DNA from: an uncultured archaeon
GTDB lineage: Archaea; Aenigmatarchaeota; Aenigmatarchaeia; QMZP01; JACQNV01
NCBI GenBank assembly: GCA_964410585.1
Contig: CAYPFW010000001.1
Coordinates: forward strand, 512,001 to 576,000
Length of the DNA: 64,000 nt
Direction of reading: 5' to 3'
Position numbers and translations under genes: made by a program. Shown here piece by piece: positions 38,432 through 49,672 of this stretch (positions within the stretch are counted from its first letter, which is position 1; each line of letters starts with the position of its first letter). The notes beneath the pieces are model-generated. The model searched no databases. It worked only from the letters and a program-made list of their open reading frames with translations, and had not been told where the DNA came from.

Positions 38432-40294
38432 ATGCTGAAAGGACAATCCCAACTGCTTATAGTCATCGGTATTTTGGTATTTGTGATAGTTGTTGTGCTA
38501 TTTGCGACAAATACAATTAACCTCTTGCCTCCAGAACCTAAGGAAATCAGCCAACTAAAAGGGGCCTTAAAGGTTGAAGTTGACCAAAAATTAAGGGCAG
38601 ATGCTTTTGAAGTTGTTAAAAAAGTCAGCGAGCAAGGAGGATATTGGCTTTCTTCTGAACAACCTCAATCTGTTTCCTATAAAGGCGCTGATGTTGCTTA
38701 CTGGAGATTAGGTAACCAAAACTTAGCTAGGACGAGACAGCAGGTTGCAGCTGAAATAGCAAGAGGTTTGAGAGAATCTGTCTCTAGCCTAAACCCAGGG
38801 GATTTGTCTTCAAAGATTGGAAAAACAGTTGTAGTCGGCCCTGTCCAAGCTGCTGATGTTGTGATAAAAGATGATGAAGTTACATTGAAAATCAATATTC
38901 CTATTACATTAGAAGGCTATCCTCTTCAAAATCCTTTAGAGATTTCTGTGCCTACAAAACTAGGGCAGGCTTTGGATTTTGCAAATGATTTAATTGAAAA
39001 AGAGACAAGATCAAATGACGATTTGGAAAGCAAGCCATTTGAAAAAGCTTTGGCTGTTTCTCTTGTCAGTTACCAGTCATTAGGAATAGATGGCGGCCCT
39101 AAAGTGCCTACAATGGGTGTCTTAGAAGGTTGCGGAAAATCATTCCACAGGGATTGGTTCTCAGTTAAACCAGAAATGGAAGATCTTCTTCAAGGAGCTT
39201 TGACAAACACATTTACAGCAGGGCGGTATGTTGAAAACATAGCAGACAAATCAAGATACCCAGCAACTGTGCTTCCGGTTTACACAAACATGAAGGCTAA
39301 ATTCTCTTTAGGCGAAGGATTGAATGAAAACAATTTCCAAATGGCCCCAAATCCTGTAGAAGTGAAAACATCGGTCCCTTCATATGTTTCTGTTTGCATT
39401 TCAAACCCATACAGGGTAGACTATTGGCTGCTCCTACCTATTGTTGCTGAATTAAAGGACGAAGATTTCAAGTTCCAGTTTGCTTTCCATGTTTTCTTGG
39501 TTGGATATGAACCTGGGAAAGATGACGATCTTCAAGTCAATTTAGATGGCTGGAAAGAACAGCTTTTGACATGCAAGAATGCTTTGTGTGATGCGAAAAT
39601 AAAGGTTGCAGATGGTACAGGACCAGTTGAACTTGCATCTGTTTCATACTCAGGCTGCAACTTAGGTTTGACAAATACAGAAGGTGTTTTGGAATCAAAA
39701 GTACCGTGCGGTATATCGCTTTTAGAAGTCTCAAAAGGCGGCTACACCCAATTCAAAGACCTCTATAGCTCAGAGGAATTAAAAGATAAAAACATCTATT
39801 TGACTTCAAAAAAAATTCCAACGGTGAAAATCAACTTGTACAATATTATACTTCAAGAAAACAATGGCAAATACACAGTGAAGGACGTGAAGCTAAATGA
39901 CAAGGAAACAACAATTGCAATAGCATCTGAAAACAAGCAGACAGGGATCACATTTTTAGAGCAAACGACAAAACCTTTCTTGGCAACAGACATTGTCCCT
40001 TCAGGGATTGTTGATCTTTCTGTGATAGTAAGGGATGGAAGGAAGACATTGGGTGGCCTACTTTTGCCTTATTATATATCTTCATACGATCAAGAAATTT
40101 GGCTCTATTCACCGATTACAGAAACTGGTTTAATCTCACAGAAGACAGATGGAGCTGACCAGGCTTCAGAGGAAGGTTCTTATGTTTTTGCACTAACTAA
40201 TGTATCAGTACAATGTGGCCTGAAACTAGGCCAAACACTCCCAATATCAAACTATCCTGTTGATATTGCAACGATAAAAGGTTGTGTTGTCTAA
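38432..40294 (+). CDS. Large pilin-like protein (module 1, gene a)
   Basis: MLKG|QSQLLIVIGILVFVIV; paralog of 47792..49672. Confidence 0.75.
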   Translation: MLKGQSQLLIVIGILVFVIVVVLFATNTINLLPPEPKEISQLKGALKVEVDQKLRADAFEVVKKVSEQGGYWLSSEQPQSVSYKGADVAYWRLGNQNLARTRQQVAAEIARGLRESVSSLNPGDLSSKIGKTVVVGPVQAADVVIKDDEVTLKINIPITLEGYPLQNPLEISVPTKLGQALDFANDLIEKETRSNDDLESKPFEKALAVSLVSYQSLGIDGGPKVPTMGVLEGCGKSFHRDWFSVKPEMEDLLQGALTNTFTAGRYVENIADKSRYPATVLPVYTNMKAKFSLGEGLNENNFQMAPNPVEVKTSVPSYVSVCISNPYRVDYWLLLPIVAELKDEDFKFQFAFHVFLVGYEPGKDDDLQVNLDGWKEQLLTCKNALCDAKIKVADGTGPVELASVSYSGCNLGLTNTEGVLESKVPCGISLLEVSKGGYTQFKDLYSSEELKDKNIYLTSKKIPTVKINLYNIILQENNGKYTVKDVKLNDKETTIAIASENKQTGITFLEQTTKPFLATDIVPSGIVDLSVIVRDGRKTLGGLLLPYYISSYDQEIWLYSPITETGLISQKTDGADQASEEGSYVFALTNVSVQCGLKLGQTLPISNYPVDIATIKGCVV

Positions 40295-40396
40295 CTAGGC
40301 AGTTGGCTATTAGTTTAACTGCGTGTATCGTCAGAGAGATACAATCTCTCCAGGATGTAAGTTTCATTGAGCAGATGAACATCCAAACCAATTAGT

Positions 40397-43300
40397 ATGA
40401 AAACACGAAGTAAGTTCGCAGCAACAATTGCAGTTTTTTGCATTTATTTAATGTTAACTCTACCTATTGCCTTTGCACAAACAACAGGCCATTATATCCA
40501 AGTTAATATCAAAAGTTCAGATGGATCCAAAACATTGGGAACAGCTAACCTCCCCTCATTTGATACACTTATTACAAAGGAAATAAAACCAGTTGAGGAG
40601 CAAAATAACATTTTCATTAAGCTTGATTTCACAGGAAGACAACACCAAATAAAGAAAGGGTATGTCTGGCTTTGCAAGAGCTCACTTATTGATTCGTGTT
40701 TGAAAGGCAATCAACCATCATATACTTTTGAAAAGTTTTTACAAGAAAAAAGAGTTTGGTCAGATGTAGGTGATTTGAGCGGTGGAGCAAACAAATTCCC
40801 ACAAACAGGAAACCTGTTCACTTTGATAAACCTAAATGTAAATGGCCAAGATGTTTGGATAGGTTCATTTGATGTTGTCACAAGGACAGGTTCAAGGGTT
40901 TCAGAATTTACAACAAAATCATCAGACCTCAGCACTGTTGATGTGCTTTTGAAAGAAGATTCTTTTGCAAATATAACAAGAGATTTTATTTCAAATAATT
41001 TTGTTTTGCCAAAAAGATGGTTGAAAGAAGCAAACTCAATCATATTAGGAACAGTAAACAATAAGATACCAAAAGCAATCCAACACTTTGGTTTCCAATC
41101 AACTCAATCACCTGAAAGCTTCAATCCTCCTGGAAAGGTCCCAGGTAACTTGATTTCACCGGAAACATTCAACCAGTACGAGCTTCTTTTTGGAGAAGGT
41201 TCGCTTTCCAATCCTATCACAGTTTTCAACAATCCTTCAGGAACATGCGGCAACAACCAATGTGAATCTAATTTAGGTGAAACATCAGCCAATTGCTGCA
41301 ATGACTGTAGCTGCTCTGTGCAAGGATTTGTGTGCAACAAAGATCAGAGAGACCAAAATAAGCCAGGAGTTTGTACAGACACATCAACACTCCAACTCAT
41401 CAACAGAGGGGTCAAAAAAACAAACTTCAAAACATGTGAAATAGACAACAAAGTCGAAGTTTCTGTTGAAGTTGTGAATGCACCTGCTGGCACACAAGTG
41501 AATGACTTCTTTTACCAATTAGACAACAAGACAAAAACAGATATTAATTGTAACCAAGCACAGGGAACAAACAAACTCATCTACGACTGTGAGTTTACAA
41601 TAGAATCTTCTGAAGATTGCAGGAGAGGCCCACCACAAACCTTGAAGAACAATGCAATTTATACAAGCGTTGTTTTGCCTGACAGTTCAATAAAGGAATT
41701 AAACACACCAATAAGCGATTTCACAATTCAACAATCATTTGAAAGCTTCAATGACATAACAGATTTCACGCAAAGAAAATTAAAGTCTACAAGTGATAGA
41801 TTAGAAAAGGGTGTTAATGAAGCAGAAGACCTCATTGATACATGCGTTGGTTTCATCAAAAATGCAGTTAATTTCGCATATGTAATGGTTGCTTTCAGCC
41901 TTCTTGCTGTTGGTAAACAACTTGGTTTGGGGGAAACTAAAATTCCATTTACAAATGCTCAACCTTTCCACTGGCTTCTCGGTGACGCTCCAAAAGATAC
42001 ACCAGCAACAACTGCTGCAGCAGGTGGATCTAATCAACCATCGGCAGTAGTAAATATAAACCCAGCCGGACTTCAAAACTCAGCTCAATCAGCTCTTTTC
42101 GGCGCATCTAAAACATTCCTAGAATCTATTGGTGTTGTTGTTGACACTGGTTTGAGTATTTGCGAAGTTGCAAATACTTTACTTCAAGTTTATGTAAAAA
42201 TATCAGAGGCTTTGACATCTTTCACAACATTTGAGGTTTGTGTAAAAACTTACCAGAACATGATTGGAAGAGGTGCATGCACAGGAAATGATCCAGATAA
42301 TCCAGAAGCTTCTATTTCAGCTGCGCTTCAATGTACATCACAATTACAGCAATGTACAGGATATTTGACACAGGCATCGAGCCAACTAGATGGTTTGAGC
42401 CAACACACACAAACAGCATCTGAGAAATTTAAGAAAAGGATACCTGCAGGATCAAAAACAGTCAGCTTCTATTTAGAGGAACAAAACGCGGGGAAGGTTC
42501 AGAATACATGCGATGATAGGAATGTGCTGATTGGAATAGTTACGCAAGCATGCGAAGGCGACGCTAAAGTTTCAATGCAAAAAACATCAACAACATCAGC
42601 TGCATCTGATATCCAACTTTATACTTCAAACATAAATTCAGAGATAGCAAACATAAGGTCTTTGATCACACAGCTAACAAACACACCACCTGTTTTGAAC
42701 ACAGCGCAAGACACAGCAAACGTTGATAGTCAAGAAAGGAGTTTGAAAACATCTGCTGTGAACATACAAAACTATGCAGACCAAATATTCACATCATCTT
42801 CTGCTCTTCCAAATGTAAAGGCTGCGTCTGTTGAAATAAAAACAAAAGCAGGTGTGATTGTTGCTTTAAAAACAAGGGCAGATCAGCCTCCTCAACCTTT
42901 GAGAGACCAAGCAAGCACAATAAGGAACAATCTAAATGATGCAGAATTCCAAGTGAAAAAAATAGAAGACGACATTAAAGCTTCAGGCCAACCAAAAGAC
43001 ATCACATCGTCTGTGTATGGTCCTTGGGCAACACTAACACCAGCTTCAAACATTTTCAACGAAGGCGATGGAAGATATGTATTCACATTTGAATGTCCAG
43101 GAGTGAATGCAAAGAGCTTGCCTGTTGATTATGTCAAAGATTGTTCTGGAATAAAAAGAGCTCCACTTCAAAGCGTTGGTGTTTCAGGACCAAGTTCTAA
43201 ATTCCATTTACAAATTGTTGAAGTTAAAAACGGAAACGGGGTTCCTTTGAGAAAGCAGTTGATTGGATCTGAGACAAAATACTTTACAAACACAAACAAA

Positions 43301-44932
43301 GTTGATGTAAAATTAAATAACATTGATGTCGAAAATCAAGCATCTGGTCAACAACAGCTTAAATCCTGCTACCTTAAGGGTGAAGCTGGCATTTTCGGCA
43401 AAGATGTTTTCAAAAACTCATTCACAGCAGCCGGAATACTAAAAGCAACAACAAGCTTTACATTAGATGACAAATACGATAAAAAAGATGTTTCACTTAC
43501 ATATTTCTGCGAGGGCATCAATGGAGATACAGACTCGTCAGCAAAGGAAACAATTATACTAGATAAAAGTTTAACTGATGCACAGATACAAGGCACAGTG
43601 CCGCAAGCAACTGGACAAATCCCAACAACAGGAAATGTTGTTCAAGTGAATGCAATTGCAAATGAAGTTGCTCCAGCAACACTTCAAGTCACGCTTTCTG
43701 TTGGTTCTGGAACCTTCCAGTCAAATGGTATAGACCACTGCAAAGTTAAGTGGGGAGATTCAACACCCGACACAGCTGTTACAGGAAGCGGACAGCAGGT
43801 CACGCATACCTACAACCCAGCTACTGGAAGCCCATTCGTTGTGTATGCATGCTATAAGGATGCAACTGAAACACAAACAATAACATCTGCCACAGGACCT
43901 GTTGGGAAGGGGACATTTACTTTGCCGTTTGGTGGAGCTGGTGGAACAACTCCGGCTCCAACACAACCACAAGGAAGACTAAGTCCAACAATAGTTTCAG
44001 TCAATCCTCAATCAGGTTCAACAATCACACAGGGCCAGCAATTCCCAATACAGGTTATAGGTAGAGACGATCCTGGATTATCAGTAAAAGTTGAGTATGA
44101 TTTAGACACAGGGACATTTGTAACTTCACTCAATCAAATAATTGCATCTGCCAATGGTGAGTTCCAAGATACATATACAGTACCACCATTTAATACACAA
44201 GGATTGAGAACAATAATAATTAGAGTTACCGATGTTGATGGACAATCAACTAACACCACATTAAAAATAAATGTTACTCAACCATTAGCCCCCTCATCAC
44301 CATCTTCTAACCCACCAACCATAGTTATAGTTTCCCCTACACAAAACCAAAATATAGAACCAAATAAACAATTTGATGTTGTTATTGATGGGTCTGATGA
44401 TAGAACAGGATCTTTAGTCACACTTACACTTGATTTTGGTGCAGGAGTTAGCCAAGGAACAACATTTAGTGTTCCTGTCAATGTTAATGGAGGGTTTACA
44501 TACACATATACAAACCCCGGATTCCCAACAAGCGCAGTTGGCTCAACAAAAACAATAACAGTCAAAGCAACCGATTCTACTGGACAAACAGACACAGAAA
44601 CAACACGAATAGTAATACAAAACCAAGCCGTTATATTTGGTTCACAAAAAGTGACCAACTTCGGTGGTGCAAAACAAACTAACGGAGATAGAACTTTTTC
44701 ATGGTCACCTCTACAAGGTGCAACAAAATACATTGTTTATGGGTCAGATAGACAAGATGTTATGAGATATCTTTTGTACGATTCAGAATCTTGGGGAGAT
44801 ACAATCACAAGTGGTTCATACACATTACCAAACGGTAGACTGTCAAGCAACTTACAGCTTTATTTTGTGGTTGTTGCTGAAAACTCAGCTGGAACAAAAA
44901 GCCAACTAAGCGATCGTGTTGGTCCCTTCTAA
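40397..44932 (+). CDS. Giant secreted Cys-rich protein with Ig/PKD/FN3-like C-terminal domains (module 1, gene b)
   Basis: Sec signal; CGNNQC..GET..CCNDCSC; central helices with a hydrophobic stretch; KWGD (PKD-like) and FSWSP..ATKY (FN3-like). Confidence 0.75.
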   Translation: MKTRSKFAATIAVFCIYLMLTLPIAFAQTTGHYIQVNIKSSDGSKTLGTANLPSFDTLITKEIKPVEEQNNIFIKLDFTGRQHQIKKGYVWLCKSSLIDSCLKGNQPSYTFEKFLQEKRVWSDVGDLSGGANKFPQTGNLFTLINLNVNGQDVWIGSFDVVTRTGSRVSEFTTKSSDLSTVDVLLKEDSFANITRDFISNNFVLPKRWLKEANSIILGTVNNKIPKAIQHFGFQSTQSPESFNPPGKVPGNLISPETFNQYELLFGEGSLSNPITVFNNPSGTCGNNQCESNLGETSANCCNDCSCSVQGFVCNKDQRDQNKPGVCTDTSTLQLINRGVKKTNFKTCEIDNKVEVSVEVVNAPAGTQVNDFFYQLDNKTKTDINCNQAQGTNKLIYDCEFTIESSEDCRRGPPQTLKNNAIYTSVVLPDSSIKELNTPISDFTIQQSFESFNDITDFTQRKLKSTSDRLEKGVNEAEDLIDTCVGFIKNAVNFAYVMVAFSLLAVGKQLGLGETKIPFTNAQPFHWLLGDAPKDTPATTAAAGGSNQPSAVVNINPAGLQNSAQSALFGASKTFLESIGVVVDTGLSICEVANTLLQVYVKISEALTSFTTFEVCVKTYQNMIGRGACTGNDPDNPEASISAALQCTSQLQQCTGYLTQASSQLDGLSQHTQTASEKFKKRIPAGSKTVSFYLEEQNAGKVQNTCDDRNVLIGIVTQACEGDAKVSMQKTSTTSAASDIQLYTSNINSEIANIRSLITQLTNTPPVLNTAQDTANVDSQERSLKTSAVNIQNYADQIFTSSSALPNVKAASVEIKTKAGVIVALKTRADQPPQPLRDQASTIRNNLNDAEFQVKKIEDDIKASGQPKDITSSVYGPWATLTPASNIFNEGDGRYVFTFECPGVNAKSLPVDYVKDCSGIKRAPLQSVGVSGPSSKFHLQIVEVKNGNGVPLRKQLIGSETKYFTNTNKVDVKLNNIDVENQASGQQQLKSCYLKGEAGIFGKDVFKNSFTAAGILKATTSFTLDDKYDKKDVSLTYFCEGINGDTDSSAKETIILDKSLTDAQIQGTVPQATGQIPTTGNVVQVNAIANEVAPATLQVTLSVGSGTFQSNGIDHCKVKWGDSTPDTAVTGSGQQVTHTYNPATGSPFVVYACYKDATETQTITSATGPVGKGTFTLPFGGAGGTTPAPTQPQGRLSPTIVSVNPQSGSTITQGQQFPIQVIGRDDPGLSVKVEYDLDTGTFVTSLNQIIASANGEFQDTYTVPPFNTQGLRTIIIRVTDVDGQSTNTTLKINVTQPLAPSSPSSNPPTIVIVSPTQNQNIEPNKQFDVVIDGSDDRTGSLVTLTLDFGAGVSQGTTFSVPVNVNGGFTYTYTNPGFPTSAVGSTKTITVKATDSTGQTDTETTRIVIQNQAVIFGSQKVTNFGGAKQTNGDRTFSWSPLQGATKYIVYGSDRQDVMRYLLYDSESWGDTITSGSYTLPNGRLSSNLQLYFVVVAENSAGTKSQLSDRVGPF

Positions 44933-44976
44933 GATAAGCTTAAATGTTTTTCTTCTAATTGTTATCTGGTGATCAA

Positions 44977-46407
44977 ATGAGGCTATTTAGATACATTGCT
45001 CCTGCACTGCTTGCTTTTCTTGCAAGTGGGGATGCAGAAGCGCAACAAGCATCTTTAACTGAAAGGGCAGTTGAGGCAAAAGCAGAAAATGGATCAACAG
45101 CAAAACTAAAAATAAGCGGATATACCTCATTGCCTATTGGAACACAGGCCAGATACTCTACTGAAATCCAAGGAAGGGGAATTGAAAGAGCTGTTTTTGT
45201 AGTTGGTGTAAACAAGTTTGAGGGGAGCATATCACAATCAAAAGCTTCAGCAAATGTGTACGAAGTTGTGCCAATTGGAGAAAGAGAGAGACAATTTGCT
45301 TGGATTAGACCAGAACAAGCCTCTAGGATTTTAGACGAATCTACAATAGCAGACTTTCCATCTTGGGTAACTGATCCAGGATATGAAAAAACAATTTGTT
45401 TTATAGAAAAACCACTTGACCAAGATGTTAGAGCACTTGTTGCAAGGGTTCCTGTCGATGTGTACAGAGATGGGGGTATCAAAGTTTATTCTGGTGTGAC
45501 AATCAATGGAAGGAAGCTAAATTTATCAGAAGATCTTCCAGTTGATGTTAGAGAAACTTTACCGCGCCTTGTAAATTCCAAAAGGTTAGAAAGTGCTGAA
45601 GGTTTTGGATGGGTAAAACAGCAACCATACACTGAATCTTTTATTTTGCTTTCTGGATCTTCTTTTGACTTGTTTTACCAATCAATGGGAGACAAGGATG
45701 TTCTATCAACTGATCCTGTTAGAATGCTTTCTGTTTCTGGGACAAGGGTTTTAGCAGAGAAAGAAGGAAAACTTTGCACAGCTGATTTAGATTTTACTAG
45801 AGGCCGCCCTGTAACAGTTAACTGGACTCAAATAGTGGATAGAGGATCTATATCAAAAGTTTTCTTGTCCCCTCCTGGTGACAGTATATTATATTTAAGG
45901 GATGGAATATTGTACAGAATGCCTATTGGAGGCTCAGAAACACTTGCTAGCTACTTACACATTGATACAGATGAAAACTGGGTTCCCTGGTCTGGTGGAG
46001 AATCTCTTGTTTTCCCAGCTCAAGGGGATTTGTGGGAAGCAGACAATAGAGGGACAAGAAGATTGACAGAAACATCTGAAATAGAATCAGGACCACAAGC
46101 ATCCCCACGCAACAGAAACCTTTCCTTTATTCTAAACAGCCAGATTTGGATCAGACAAACAGGTGGACAAAGACAGCTAACACAAGGACAAGGAGAAATA
46201 AAATATTCTTGGGCACCGAGAGATGATTTCTTGGCATACAGCAGAGGTGGGAGGATTTTTGTGGTAAAAACAGATACAGGCGAAGCATCAGATGTGACAC
46301 CATCTGCCCATGATTTTTTTGAAGGCCCTATCTTTTCTCCAGACGAAAGACAGATTTTGTGTAGGGGAAGAAATGGATTGTATGTAATTGGCCTCTCTCG
46401 CCAATAG
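44977..46407 (+). CDS. Secreted protein with TolB/PD40-like beta-propeller
   Basis: Signal peptide ..AEA; repeats LSPPGD, ASPRNR, SWAPRDD, FSPDER. Confidence 0.7.
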   Translation: MRLFRYIAPALLAFLASGDAEAQQASLTERAVEAKAENGSTAKLKISGYTSLPIGTQARYSTEIQGRGIERAVFVVGVNKFEGSISQSKASANVYEVVPIGERERQFAWIRPEQASRILDESTIADFPSWVTDPGYEKTICFIEKPLDQDVRALVARVPVDVYRDGGIKVYSGVTINGRKLNLSEDLPVDVRETLPRLVNSKRLESAEGFGWVKQQPYTESFILLSGSSFDLFYQSMGDKDVLSTDPVRMLSVSGTRVLAEKEGKLCTADLDFTRGRPVTVNWTQIVDRGSISKVFLSPPGDSILYLRDGILYRMPIGGSETLASYLHIDTDENWVPWSGGESLVFPAQGDLWEADNRGTRRLTETSEIESGPQASPRNRNLSFILNSQIWIRQTGGQRQLTQGQGEIKYSWAPRDDFLAYSRGGRIFVVKTDTGEASDVTPSAHDFFEGPIFSPDERQILCRGRNGLYVIGLSRQ

Positions 46408-46437
46408 TTTATATACAGGATTTTCTATTATATTTCT

Positions 46438-47748
46438 ATGAAGAAGCTAGTTTTCTTATTGTCTATACTTATTTTGGTTCCCATAGCCTCAGCTAGGTTG
46501 GTTGACAACACAAACTATGCAATACCACAAAACAGTCAGAAATGTTTTGACTTAAGTATACCAGAAGATTTTGGCGTGATAGATACAAGGGTGACATTTT
46601 CAATATCTTCTAATTGCGGCGACTGGTGTGATTTCTCAAAATCCCTACTAACAACAGACAGGACAAATCCTGTAATTATCCCAATTTGTTTAACATCAAA
46701 AGACAAAAAATCAGGTGATAGGAAGACATTTTCAGTTGACATTTCCACACAAGGTAAAAAGAAAACATATAATTTTGGAGCATGCGTGCATGATAATGCA
46801 GATAAGGATGTTGGCTCAGGAGATCCGTGTGGAATTACAAACATCAAACAAGATAACTTTGATATAACAGTTAACCCAGACCCAATATATGTAGAATCTG
46901 GAAAGTCAAAAACATATGAAATACATATAACATCACAAGAAAGGTTTAAAGTTGAAGTTGAAAGCTCAACTGGTAGGAAATGGAACGTAGAAACAAACCC
47001 CAAAAATGCAAATGGTGCAGTTGTTACAGACAACGTAGGATCAGATAAGACAGAAATTGCAATAACAGCAAGGATAACAAATAGCCAAGTTCCAGGTGAC
47101 ACGAAAACTATCACTGTCCCTGTTTATTTGTCAGCAGATCCGCCTCCAGGGGATTTTGCTATCTTCCTATCAAAAGAAAACACAAACACTTTGGTGAATG
47201 ATCCTGTAAACTACGAGCTTGAAATAGAAAATTTTGGAGACTCAAAAGAATATACAATTCAGGTACAGGTACCAAACTGGTTTAAATCAGATATTTCAAA
47301 CCTAACAAGGACAATTTCTGGAAAAGAAAAAGTAAATATACAAATTACACCAACACAGGCTATAAGCAGTGATTTTAGAATAATTGTTTCAACAAGTGGC
47401 GGTGAAAAGACAAAAGCACCTTTCATCAGTGTGAATGAAATACAATCAGACATAGGAAGGACACTGCAAACAGAAAACCCCCCTTCAAAAGTGAGAAGAT
47501 GCATGAGTCAACAAAATGTTGCAAACAGGGGCAAGTCAATAGGCGACCAAGTTGATTCTTGGGGAAGTTTTTTGGACTGTACAGAAGAGCCAGAAACAGG
47601 AACAAGCCCTGGATCTCCAGGCACTCAGGGAACAGGATTGAACCCAGCTTTCATAATTATCCCTATAGTTGTGATCGCAGGCGCTGTTTTCTACTATTTC
47701 TACAAGAAGAAAAAACCAGTTGAAGAAGATCAAGAAGAGCAGTACTAA
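46438..47748 (+). CDS. Membrane-anchored Ig-like surface protein (module 1, gene c)
   Basis: Signal peptide, beta-sandwich repeats, C-terminal GLNP-TM-KKKK. Confidence 0.75.
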   Translation: MKKLVFLLSILILVPIASARLVDNTNYAIPQNSQKCFDLSIPEDFGVIDTRVTFSISSNCGDWCDFSKSLLTTDRTNPVIIPICLTSKDKKSGDRKTFSVDISTQGKKKTYNFGACVHDNADKDVGSGDPCGITNIKQDNFDITVNPDPIYVESGKSKTYEIHITSQERFKVEVESSTGRKWNVETNPKNANGAVVTDNVGSDKTEIAITARITNSQVPGDTKTITVPVYLSADPPPGDFAIFLSKENTNTLVNDPVNYELEIENFGDSKEYTIQVQVPNWFKSDISNLTRTISGKEKVNIQITPTQAISSDFRIIVSTSGGEKTKAPFISVNEIQSDIGRTLQTENPPSKVRRCMSQQNVANRGKSIGDQVDSWGSFLDCTEEPETGTSPGSPGTQGTGLNPAFIIIPIVVIAGAVFYYFYKKKKPVEEDQEEQY

Positions 47749-47791
47749 ATTGCTTCTAACTGTATAAAAACAGGCTCCAATAAATATACTT

Positions 47792-49672
47792 ATGTATAAG
47801 GGGCAGTCTCATTTTCTGATAATCATAGGCATCTTGATTTTTGTCCTAGTTGTAATTGTTTTCGCTACACAGAGCAATCTTATTTTCCCAACAGATGCTG
47901 GATCACTTGAACTGAAAAAAGCTTTGGCAGCTGAAATGGAAAATAAAATAAGAAACCAAGCACTTGATACTATACAAAAAATAGGAAAAAGAGGAGGATA
48001 TTTAGAATCACCACAACTATCTACAGAATTCTCAGGTGAACAGGTCCCATACTGGCAGGTTTGCCAAAAACCTATTATACCGCCCCTAGACACAATAAAA
48101 CAAAACATAAAAAATGATTTGCAGACAAAACTCAATTCAAACAAAGCCAGTGAATTCCAGGGGAAAGGAGTTGTTGTCAGCGATGTACAAAACATAGAAG
48201 TTGTTACAAGGCCAGATGATACTATCTTACGTATTTGGATGCCTACAAGGATTGAGAATATAGAACTGGACCAACCCTATCAAATCATTGTGCCACTTGA
48301 ACTTGGAAAAGCCTATGATTTTGCTTCGTCTTTTATTTCAGATAACTCAAAAAACAGGCATCTAAGTAAATTCATAGCCTCGCTTTTGTACCATTCTTAT
48401 GATAGATATTTACCAACAGTTGGATTGCTCACAAAATGTGGAGATAATATAATTCTAACATATGATCAGGCAAAAGAGAGAGTTCAAAATATTTTAAATT
48501 TTGCCACACTAAACATCCGATTTTGGCAACAACAACCAACTAACACAGATTATTTATCATACTACATACCAAATATTGGCGGAAAAACATTTGAAGATTT
48601 AGAAATCAGTTTTAGACAAACAGACTCTCTGGACAAAAACACATTTCAATCATCCATGAATCCAATTGTTATAGTAAATTCAAGAAACTTGTACAAAGTC
48701 CTACCATATTGCACAAAAGGATATGATATCAGATACAACATAAGGCCTTCTTTTGTTGCTTCTGTGAAGACGAAGAATAATTTTGAATTCAACTTTGGTG
48801 TTATGCCATTTGTTAAGAATTCTAGAGTTGGCCTATGTTCGGGAGTTGAAGATTTAGTAAATATAGCAGATACATGTTCTCAGGCCAAATGCGATGCTAA
48901 AGTATTAGTTGAAGGACCTAATGGATCTCCTGTTCCTGGGACAAAGGTTTTGTTCTCATCATGTAGTTTAGGAAAAACAAACGAACAAGGTATCGCTGAA
49001 GGCAAGGTCCCATGCAGTATCTCACAGTTATCTGCTTTTAACCAAGAGTATCTGCCATTTTACGATATAAAAAGCAGTCTTGATCTGAAAGACACAAAAA
49101 TAACATTAAGGAAGGGTCCTCCAATAACAATACACTTTTCAAAAGCATTTGTTGAAACACAGGCAACCTCGATTTTTGGAGTAACAAAAATAGATGGCTA
49201 CAAAATTACAATTGACAATAGTCCAACAGAGCACATATTCACTGAAGTCATACAAAGGGAAGGCAGTCCATGGAATACTTTTGAAACAATTATAACAAAT
49301 AACAACCCGGATACTGGGCTCACAGAATCCATTATGATTGATTTCCTCCCAACAGGAAAATATGAATTCACTGTGAATTCATTTAAAAGTTTGAGACTTT
49401 ACAAAAAGTTTTGCACTCACAGGAAATGGTATGATAATTCTTGTGACAGATACGAAACAATAGACCAAAACATAATTGTACCAACAAAAATCACTCGAGA
49501 ATTTGAGATAAAAGAAAATACAACAGACATCTATCTAACAGCCTTCTACCCTGCCAAAAGCCAAGTTGGGGAAGCACCCGATCAATATGACTATGGCGAT
49601 GGTGCAATATTTTCCCAGTGCATTTTATCTGTTTCAGAAATTGAGCAAAAATTGTGCGAGATTAAACTATGA
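47792..49672 (+). CDS. Large pilin-like protein (module 2, gene a)
   Basis: MYKG|QSHFLIIIGILIFVLV; shares GGY, YW and CDAK..C..G.TN..G..E.KVPC with 38432. Confidence 0.75.
   Translation: MYKGQSHFLIIIGILIFVLVVIVFATQSNLIFPTDAGSLELKKALAAEMENKIRNQALDTIQKIGKRGGYLESPQLSTEFSGEQVPYWQVCQKPIIPPLDTIKQNIKNDLQTKLNSNKASEFQGKGVVVSDVQNIEVVTRPDDTILRIWMPTRIENIELDQPYQIIVPLELGKAYDFASSFISDNSKNRHLSKFIASLLYHSYDRYLPTVGLLTKCGDNIILTYDQAKERVQNILNFATLNIRFWQQQPTNTDYLSYYIPNIGGKTFEDLEISFRQTDSLDKNTFQSSMNPIVIVNSRNLYKVLPYCTKGYDIRYNIRPSFVASVKTKNNFEFNFGVMPFVKNSRVGLCSGVEDLVNIADTCSQAKCDAKVLVEGPNGSPVPGTKVLFSSCSLGKTNEQGIAEGKVPCSISQLSAFNQEYLPFYDIKSSLDLKDTKITLRKGPPITIHFSKAFVETQATSIFGVTKIDGYKITIDNSPTEHIFTEVIQREGSPWNTFETIITNNNPDTGLTESIMIDFLPTGKYEFTVNSFKSLRLYKKFCTHRKWYDNSCDRYETIDQNIIVPTKITREFEIKENTTDIYLTAFYPAKSQVGEAPDQYDYGDGAIFSQCILSVSEIEQKLCEIKL

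Noticed and set aside
40397-44932. Fusexin/HAP2 or diversity-generating retroelement target
   Set aside because: The central region is helical rather than class II-like; no RT gene or template/variable repeat pair was seen.
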